Below, one piece after another: positions 8,825-14,567 of a stretch of DNA of 14,567 bases. The stretch comes from Candidatus Eiseniibacteriota bacterium (GTDB lineage Bacteria; Eisenbacteria; RBG-16-71-46). Position 1 is the stretch's first letter. The number at the start of each line of letters is the position of its first letter. The position numbers were made by a program, and so were the translations under genes. The DNA lies in NCBI GenBank assembly GCA_031364845.1, contig JANLWX010000106.1:1-14567 (forward strand). Reading direction: 5' to 3'. A model generated the notes under the pieces. It was not told where the DNA came from. It made no database searches and saw nothing but the letters and a program-made list of their open reading frames with translations.

Positions 8825-8857
8825 CAAAAGCAAGGACACCACGCTGGGGCGGTGTCC
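8825..8857 (-). terminator. Terminator-like hairpin within the leader of the lipoprotein gene
   Basis: Minus strand GGACACC-gccccagcgt-GGTGTCC followed by TTGCTTTTG. Confidence 0.5.
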
Positions 8858-8968
8858 AAGGCCAGGCAGCTTCCATGCGCTCGTGTGCATCCAGGCTGTC
8901 GTGCATGCTAGCGGCGCAGGTGCGTCCGGGGGAAATCGCCCACGGACCCATCGGGCCGAAACGCGCGA

Positions 8969-8997
8969 AAGGTAGGGATCGCGCCCCTTCCTGTCAA
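8969..8997 (-). promoter_or_regulatory. Sigma70-type promoter
   Basis: Minus strand TTGACA-N17-TACCTT (-35 at 8997-8992, -10 at 8974-8969) in intergenic DNA. Confidence 0.65.
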
Positions 8998-9067
8998 CTG
9001 AATATTGGACCGGCTCCAAAATCGACCGCCGGCGGATAACTCCTTTCGCGAGATGACGCTGCTCGGC

Positions 9068-10240
9068 TCAGAGGCCGTGCAACGCGGCCGCGAGGTCGGC
9101 GCGCAGGTCGTCGAGATCCTCGATCCCCACCGAGAGCCGCAACAGTCCGTCCGCAAACCCCATCGCGAGCCGCGCATCCCGCGGAACCGAGGCGTGGGTC
9201 ATCGAGGACGGGTGGCACACCAGGCTCTCCACGCCTCCGAGACTCTCGGCACGGGTGAACAGCTTGAATCGATCGAACACGCGGCGGCCGGCCTCGAGCG
9301 AACCGTCGCCCGGGACGAACGAGATCATGCCTCCGAAGCCGCTCGCCTGACGCTTCGCGAGTTCGTGCTGCGGATGGCTCTCGAGCCCGGGATAGAACAC
9401 TGCCGAAACCCGCGCATGAGCCGCCAGTGAGCGGGCGAGTGCGATCGCGTTGGCGTTGTGCCGCTCCATGCGCACGGCCAGCGTCTTGGTGCCGCGCAGC
9501 GCAAGCCAGCAGTCCATCGGCCCGGGAACGGCGCCCGCGGCGTTTTGCAGGAAGCGCAACGACTCCGCCAGGTCTTCGTGACTCGTGATCAGAGCCCCCC
9601 CGACCATGTCACTGTGCCCGTTCAGATACTTGGTCACCGAATGCAGCACGACATCGCAGCCCAGCTCGAGCGGGCGCTGGAAATAGGGCGTCATGAACGT
9701 GTTGTCCACCACGACCCGGGCACCATGGCGATGGGCGATCTCGCTGGTCGCCGCGAGATCTACCAGGCGCATCATCGGATTGGTCGGGGTCTCGACAAAC
9801 ACGAACTTCGTCGTGGGCTGGAACGCGCGCTCGATCTCATCGAGGTCGCCCCCGCCGACGTAGGTGAAGGTCAGGCCGAAACGCCGGAACACGCGCTCGA
9901 ACAGCCGGAAGGTCCCGCCGTAGAGGTTGTCGCCCGCGATCACGTGGTCGCCCGCCGACAGCGTGTGCATCAGCGTGGTCGTGGCCGCGAGGCCCGAGGC
10001 GAAGCAGAAGCCGTGACTGCCGCCTTCGAGCGAGGCGAGATTGTTCTCGAGCGCGAAGCGCGTGGCGTTGTGGGTGCGCGCGTACTCGAAGCCTTTGTGC
10101 TTGCCGAGCGCTTCCTGCGCGTACGTCGACGTCTGATAGATCGGCGTCGTCACCGCTCCCGTCGTCGGATCGGGCGATTGGCCCGCGTGAATCGCGCGCG
10201 TGCTGAAACCGGATTCGCGGGTCAGCGACTGATCGCCCAT
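9068..10240 (-). CDS. Cystathionine gamma-lyase / gamma-synthase (Cys/Met metabolism PLP-dependent enzyme)
   Basis: ATG at 10240 overlaps the CBS stop (TGATG). Motifs: F.TRAIHAG, PIYQTSTY, YAR..N.TR, FASGLAA, YGGT.R, ETPTNP, DNTF.TP, PLP-lysine motif SVTKYLNGHSD, ESLGGVESL, RLSVGIE. Pairing with CBS favours gamma-lyase (reverse transsulfuration). Confidence 0.93.
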   Translation of the reverse strand: MGDQSLTRESGFSTRAIHAGQSPDPTTGAVTTPIYQTSTYAQEALGKHKGFEYARTHNATRFALENNLASLEGGSHGFCFASGLAATTTLMHTLSAGDHVIAGDNLYGGTFRLFERVFRRFGLTFTYVGGGDLDEIERAFQPTTKFVFVETPTNPMMRLVDLAATSEIAHRHGARVVVDNTFMTPYFQRPLELGCDVVLHSVTKYLNGHSDMVGGALITSHEDLAESLRFLQNAAGAVPGPMDCWLALRGTKTLAVRMERHNANAIALARSLAAHARVSAVFYPGLESHPQHELAKRQASGFGGMISFVPGDGSLEAGRRVFDRFKLFTRAESLGGVESLVCHPSSMTHASVPRDARLAMGFADGLLRLSVGIEDLDDLRADLAAALHGL

Positions 10241-11628
10241 CACTCGCCTCCCGCGATGAACTGCAGCATGTCGTAGCGCGTGAGGATCCCGATGATCGCG
10301 CCATCGCGCTGCACCAGCACCGCGGGGTCGCGCACCAGGAGCTTCGTGATCTGCTCGGCGTGCTCATCGGCGCTCACGATTGCGAGCGGCTCCTTCATCA
10401 TCGCATCCACCGGCCGGTCGATTGCCGCGGGATTCGACATCGCGGCTTTAAGAATTTCACTCTCCTCGAGCGTGCCGATCACGTCGTTTCCGCGCATGAC
10501 CGGGATCTGGCTGATGCCATGCTGCTGGATCAGCTGCAACGCCGCCTTGAGCGGGGCACCGGAGCTGACCGAGAGCAGCTGCGGAACCTTGCGCGACTTG
10601 GCATCGACCACCTGTCCCGCCGAGGAGGCGCCCGGATCCAGCAGGTGGTTGTCGCGCATCCACTCGTCGCTGTGCACCTTGGACAGATAGCGCTCGCCGG
10701 TGTCGGGCAGCAGCACGACCATCAGGTCGTTGGCGCTCAGGGTCTTTGCGTACTCGATCGCGACCCACACCGCCATGCCACCGGAACCTCCGGTGAAGAT
10801 CGCCTCCTCGCGCGCGAGCCGGCGCGCCATGTTGAGGCCATTGCGATCGGAGCACGACAGCACTTTGTCGATGAGCGAGAAGTCGAACACCGAAGGGATG
10901 AAATCCTCGCCCACGCCCTCGATCTTGTAGGTGTGAGCCTCGGACATCTTTCCGGTCTCGTGGTAATGACGCAGGATCGAGCCGATCGGATCCGCTCCCA
11001 CGACCTGGACCTTCTGGTTCTTCTCCTTGAGATAGCGCGCGGTGCCCGTGATCGTTCCGCCCGTGCCCATCCCGGCCACGAAGCACGTGATCTTGCCGGC
11101 GGTCTGCTCCCACAACTCAGGGCCGGTGCTCACGTAGTGCGCCTGCGGGTTCGCGGGGTTGTGGTACTGGTTCATCAGCACCGCCCCCGGGCGCTCGCGT
11201 TCGATGCGCTTGGCGACCGAGTAGTAGGACTCGGGCGACTCCGGCGCCACCGCGGTCGGGCTCAGCAGCACCTCGGCCCCGAACGCCTTGAGCAGGTAGA
11301 CCTTCTCGCTCGAGACCTTGTCGGGCATGCAGAACACCGCGTGATAACCGCGCACCGCCGCCACCATCGCGAGTCCGAGCCCGGTATTGCCCGAGGTGCA
11401 CTCGACGATCGTGCCACCCGGCTTGAGCTTGCCCTCGGCCACCGCGGCATCGACCATCGCGACGCCGATCCGGTCCTTCACGCTGCCACCGGGATTGAAG
11501 TATTCGACCTTCGCGAGCACCGGGCACGGGCTGTGGGCCGCGACTTTGCGCAGGCGCACGAGCGGGGTATTGCCGACCGTCTGAAGGATGTTCTCGTGAT
11601 ACCGGACACCCTCGAGGGCGTTGGTCAC
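10240..11628 (-). CDS. cbs: Cystathionine beta-synthase (PLP-dependent, with C-terminal CBS-domain pair)
   Basis: GTG at 11628 with AGGAG upstream. Motifs: VGNTPLV, KVEYFNPGGSVKDR (PLP Lys), TSGNTG, NQYHNPANP, GMGTGGT, IEGVG, PDTGERYLSK. C-terminal CBS repeats (ISQIPV..., GILTRYD). The ORF-track start at 11859 crosses a terminator and promoter. Confidence 0.92.
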   Translation of the reverse strand: MTNALEGVRYHENILQTVGNTPLVRLRKVAAHSPCPVLAKVEYFNPGGSVKDRIGVAMVDAAVAEGKLKPGGTIVECTSGNTGLGLAMVAAVRGYHAVFCMPDKVSSEKVYLLKAFGAEVLLSPTAVAPESPESYYSVAKRIERERPGAVLMNQYHNPANPQAHYVSTGPELWEQTAGKITCFVAGMGTGGTITGTARYLKEKNQKVQVVGADPIGSILRHYHETGKMSEAHTYKIEGVGEDFIPSVFDFSLIDKVLSCSDRNGLNMARRLAREEAIFTGGSGGMAVWVAIEYAKTLSANDLMVVLLPDTGERYLSKVHSDEWMRDNHLLDPGASSAGQVVDAKSRKVPQLLSVSSGAPLKAALQLIQQHGISQIPVMRGNDVIGTLEESEILKAAMSNPAAIDRPVDAMMKEPLAIVSADEHAEQITKLLVRDPAVLVQRDGAIIGILTRYDMLQFIAGGE

Positions 11629-11733
11629 TGCGGCTGCTCCTGACGGAAAGTGGGGGCGAGGTGGGGTGGCCGGCGCGCCTCGGGCGCGCGATGGGCGCGC
11701 GCAACGAGGCCGCATGCTCTGGGCCGAACCGGG

Positions 11734-11763
11734 AACGTAGTCGGCACGCCGGGCATGCGTCAA
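11734..11763 (-). promoter_or_regulatory. Candidate sigma70 promoter for the cbs/gamma-lyase pair
   Basis: Minus strand TTGACG-N18-TACGTT, just downstream of a terminator-like hairpin. Confidence 0.5.
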
Positions 11764-11782
11764 GAAGCAGGTGCCCGCTCCG

Positions 11783-11817
11783 AAAGTGCAACAGCCCCCG
11801 GCGGGCGCCGGGGGCTG
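11783..11817 (-). terminator. Intrinsic terminator-like hairpin after the selenoprotein gene
   Basis: Perfect 11-bp stem CAGCCCCCGGC/GCCGGGGGCTG (11792-11817) with a 4-nt loop, then a weak U-tract TTGCACTTT on the minus strand. Confidence 0.65.
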
Positions 11818-11842
11818 CGGAACACATCGATGCCGGAACGAA

Positions 11843-13270
11843 CTAGTGCGAGCCGCCACCCTTCATCATGCCGGTCTCGCTGCCCATCTTGTTCTTCTTG
11901 TTCTTGATCGTCTCACCCGAGAAATTGCTGTGGGCGATCTTGGGCAGCTTCTTCTCCCAGTTCCACTCGGGATCGTTCTCGCCCTGGTGACAGGTGATGC
12001 ACACCTGCTCGGTGACCCGGTGCGGAGCGGTCGCGAATGCCTCGTGCTGCGTGCCGATCCCGTGGCAGTTCTCGCACTGGACGTTCGAGAGGTGCGGCGT
12101 CGCCGTCTGGCTCATGAATCCACCCGGCTTCTGATAGCCGACCGAATGGCATCCGATGCACTCGGGCGTCGCGTCCTTCTTGGCGTTCACGAGCGTGGAC
12201 CATGCGACCGAGTGCGAGGTCGTCTTCCACTGCTCGCCCTCTTCGGTGTGGCATCGCATGCACAACTCGGCGCCGAGAAAGCGCTCGGGATTGTCCTCGT
12301 TCTTGATCTGCTTCTGCGCGTCCTGCTCCATCTGCGACTTGCGCATCTTCTCGTTGAACGCGTCCTCGAAGCTCTTGACCAGCGCCAGCACTTCGGGTTT
12401 CTCGCCGACCTCGGGGCTCAGGATGAACATGTCGTTCTCGCCCGCCAGCGGCTTGCCCTTGGCATCGATGGTGAACATCGTGCGGCCCATGTACTGACCC
12501 TGCTCGCCGCCGTAGGCGACGACCGTGTTCTTGATCAGGCGGCCCTTCTGGATCAGCGGGATGTTGCGGCCCGTGATCACGGCGTCCACGCCTGTCACCG
12601 CCGTCACCAGATCCTCGCTCTCGACCTTGCCGAGCTGCGACAGCAGGACGATCACGGTCGCTCCGCCCTTGCGAAGTTCGGCAATCGCCTTCTTCGCGGC
12701 GACCATCGGATCCTGGGCCACGAGCGAATCGCGCGCGGGTCCGAGATCGACCTTGTCGCTGATCAGGCCGAAGATGCCGACCTTGACGTTGCCGACCTTC
12801 TTGATCGTGTACGACTCGAAGACCGCCTTGCCCGTCTTCTTGTCGAGCAGATTGGCACAGGTGAGGTTGAGACCGGTGCGCTTCTGCTGCGACTTGAGCC
12901 ACGCCAGCCCGTACTTGAGGTCGCGCTCGCCCACGCCCACGGCGTCGGTGCCGAGCAGCTTCATCGCGTCCATCATGAACCACGCGACGTCGTGCTGATT
13001 GGCAACCTCGGGAAAGTATCCACCCGCATCGACCAGGAGCACCTGGCCGTACTGGGCATTCACGCTGTCAGCGAAACTGGCCCGCCGGGCCAGGCCCCCC
13101 TTGGGCGTGTGTCAGCCACACGGGCTGGTCTTCCCCTTGACGTCCGTCGTCGAGAGGATGATCAGCTTGTCGGGCTGCAGGATTCTGGGGGTGGTCGCGG
13201 CGACGAGCATCATGCAGCTCACCACGGCGAGAACCGCTGCCGCCAGAATTCGTGACGCGAGTGACCTCAT
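11843..13270 (-). CDS. Selenocysteine-containing UshA-like (5'-nucleotidase/metallophosphoesterase fold) protein fused to a tetraheme c-type (c554-like) cytochrome, 475 aa, Sec at codon 53
   Basis: ATG at 13270 with GGAG RBS. Reads MRSLASRILAAAVLAVVSCMMLVAA...LIILSTTDVKGKTSPCG-[TGA 13114-13112]-HTPKGGLARRASFADSVNAQYGQVLLVDAGG and continues in frame with ORF 11843..13063. SECIS-like hairpin follows the TGA. Four CxxCH motifs (CMRCH, CIGCH, CENCH, CITCH). Ends at TAG. Confidence 0.88.
13073..13114 (-). promoter_or_regulatory. Bacterial SECIS element candidate
   Basis: UGA, 18 nt, then CUGGCCC-GGC-GGGCCAG (13093-13077): a perfect 7-bp stem with a G-starting apical loop 25 nt after the UGA. The stem can be extended by G-U/G-C pairs (GGGG/UUUC). 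Fits the bacterial SECIS model. Confidence 0.7.
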
Positions 13271-13319
13271 GAAATGCTTCTCCGTGTCATGCGGGTGGGG
13301 TGCGATTCGAACTTCAGCG

Positions 13320-13349
13320 AGTGTACGGGGCGCATCGGAACAGCGTCAA
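13320..13349 (-). promoter_or_regulatory. Candidate sigma70 promoter for the selenoprotein gene
   Basis: Minus strand TTGACG-N18-TACACT, with the -10 about 50 nt upstream of the ATG at 13270. Confidence 0.55.
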
Positions 13350-13553
13350 GAACCGGGCCTCCCCATGGCGGCCGAGCGAATCGAAGTTGCGAATCGTTGA
13401 CACTGGCCCCGTCCATGGCCGTGACTCCCCCGCCAAACTCGTCGGGCGAGCGTTCACTCCGGCCGGCCGCGCGGGCTGGCGGTTCCGCAACCCGCGGGAT
13501 AGTCTCTGGCCGCGCCGATGGCGGCGCGATCCCAATTTCATCGCGGAGAGCGC

Positions 13554-14372
13554 GTGCACTACGAGACGCTGACCGAAACCGACTGGACGGAGATCGCGAA
13601 GATCTGGGATCTGCTCGACGAGGGCGGAGCCGAGGGCGCCCGCCAGGAATTGCGCGTTCGATTCCGCGTGCGCATGAAGCATCCGGACGTGCGTATCGTG
13701 GACGCCGCGATCTCGATCGAAGAGGGCGATCCGGTCCGCGCGCTCGAAGTGCTGGACGGCGCGGAGCGATCGGCCGATCCGGCGCTGTTCTTCCATCTGC
13801 GCGGGCTCGCGAATTTCGACCTGTGCCGTTTCGAGCAGGCTTGCGCCGACGCCGGCCGGGCGCTCGCGGTGCGTCCCGAGTTTCCAGATGCTCACGACCT
13901 GATGTCGCGCGCGCTCGAGCATCGCGGCGACGACGCCGGCGCCGCGGAGCACGCGGAGGAGGCGGCCGACCTGGACTCCGAACGCTTCCCGCTGCCGCTC
14001 GCGATCACTGACGCCGAATTCGACCAGCTCGTCGAGAAGAGCCTCGCCGAATTGCCGGAACCGGTCCGCAAGCACCTCGAAGAACTGCCGGTGATGATCG
14101 AGCCGCTGCCGACCGCCGCGATCCTCGGCTCGGAGAGTCCGCCGCTCCCGCCCGACATCCTCGGACTGTTCGTCGGACGCGACCTCATGAACCGCACTTC
14201 GATCGATGTCGCGAGCGCTCCGGGCGCGATCTACCTGTTCCGCAAGAATCTTCTGCGCTTCTGCCACACGCAGGAAGAACTCGAGAAGGAAGTGCGCGTC
14301 ACGGTCCAGCACGAGGTCGGACATCTGCTGGGGCTGGACGAGGATGATCTCGATCGCTGGGGGTTGGCTTAG
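13554..14372 (+). CDS. TPR-like repeat + Zincin_1-type metallopeptidase family protein
   Basis: GTG at 13554 after GGAG (alternative ATG at 13518). Helical TPR-like N-half ([11 protein letters not shown]......AL...P.F..AH). C-half: F..LV...[37 protein letters not shown] (HExxH). Confidence 0.85.
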   Translation: MHYETLTETDWTEIAKIWDLLDEGGAEGARQELRVRFRVRMKHPDVRIVDAAISIEEGDPVRALEVLDGAERSADPALFFHLRGLANFDLCRFEQACADAGRALAVRPEFPDAHDLMSRALEHRGDDAGAAEHAEEAADLDSERFPLPLAITDAEFDQLVEKSLAELPEPVRKHLEELPVMIEPLPTAAILGSESPPLPPDILGLFVGRDLMNRTSIDVASAPGAIYLFRKNLLRFCHTQEELEKEVRVTVQHEVGHLLGLDEDDLDRWGLA

Positions 14373-14567
14373 TCCGGGCTAGGAGCTTTGAACGTCCGCA
14401 GCCGCAGCGACGACGTCACCACCGACACACTCGACAGCGCCATCGCGGCACTCGCGATCATCGGATGGAGCCGCCCGTCCCATCCCCACAAGGGTCCGAT
14501 CGCACCGCCGGGGCGCAACCACAGGTAGAGCACCCCCGCGGCGATTGGAATGCCGAGCGCGTTGTAG
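14369..14567 (-). CDS. copA: Heavy-metal P1B-type ATPase, Cu(I)-type (CopA-like), 3' end only
   Basis: Minus-strand translation [14 protein letters not shown]...[35 protein letters not shown] and MxxSS are the P1B-1 transmembrane signatures. The stop TAA at 14371-14369 overlaps the convergent gene's TAG. Not in the ORF track because it is truncated by the window edge. Confidence 0.85.
   Translation of the reverse strand, partial: YNALGIPIAAGVLYLWLRPGGAIGPLWGWDGRLHPMIASAAMALSSVSVVTSSLRLRTFKAPSPD

Noticed and set aside
11629..11730. SAM riboswitch or T-box in the cbs leader
   Set aside because: Only generic GC-rich pairing; no SAM-I/II or T-box consensus recognised.
11771..13255. 494-aa plus-strand ORF, and similar long antisense ORFs (e.g. 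3913-5223, 7610-8749, 10360-11643, 13314-14324)
   Set aside because: Shadow ORFs opposite well-supported genes in GC-rich DNA, with no recognisable motifs.
13112..13270. Treating 13270-13112 as a separate 52-aa ORF, or the locus as a nonsense pseudogene
   Set aside because: Both halves are in frame and form one continuous domain. The TGA sits in a CxU motif and is followed by a SECIS-like hairpin.
13304..13312. GTTCGAATC (tRNA T-loop-like) on the minus strand, a possible tRNA-Sec
   Set aside because: No flanking T-stem or cloverleaf can be formed.
14369..14372. 4-bp overlap of convergent stop codons
   Set aside because: Common genome compaction with no evidence of special function.

Overview
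GC-rich bacterial chromosomal window with almost all genes on the minus strand. Read in transcription order (right to left): a predicted exported selenoprotein (13270-11843) with an in-frame TGA in a C-G-U motif, a SECIS-like hairpin, a degenerate UshA/5'-nucleotidase-type fold and a C-terminal domain with four CxxCH motifs; cystathionine beta-synthase and cystathionine gamma-lyase/synthase; a small Met-rich lipoprotein behind a long structured leader; a DUF4097-like protein and a bactofilin-like membrane protein; a DedA/VTT protein; hydantoinase/oxoprolinase A and B; and a Cyc2-like monoheme cytochrome c/outer-membrane beta-barrel fusion. On the plus strand, a TPR-like + zincin metallopeptidase converges on the 3' end of a Cu(I)-type P1B ATPase. 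The main observation is the selenocysteine-containing multiheme protein, which the ORF track truncates at its TGA. All calls come from reading motifs by eye; no searches were run.
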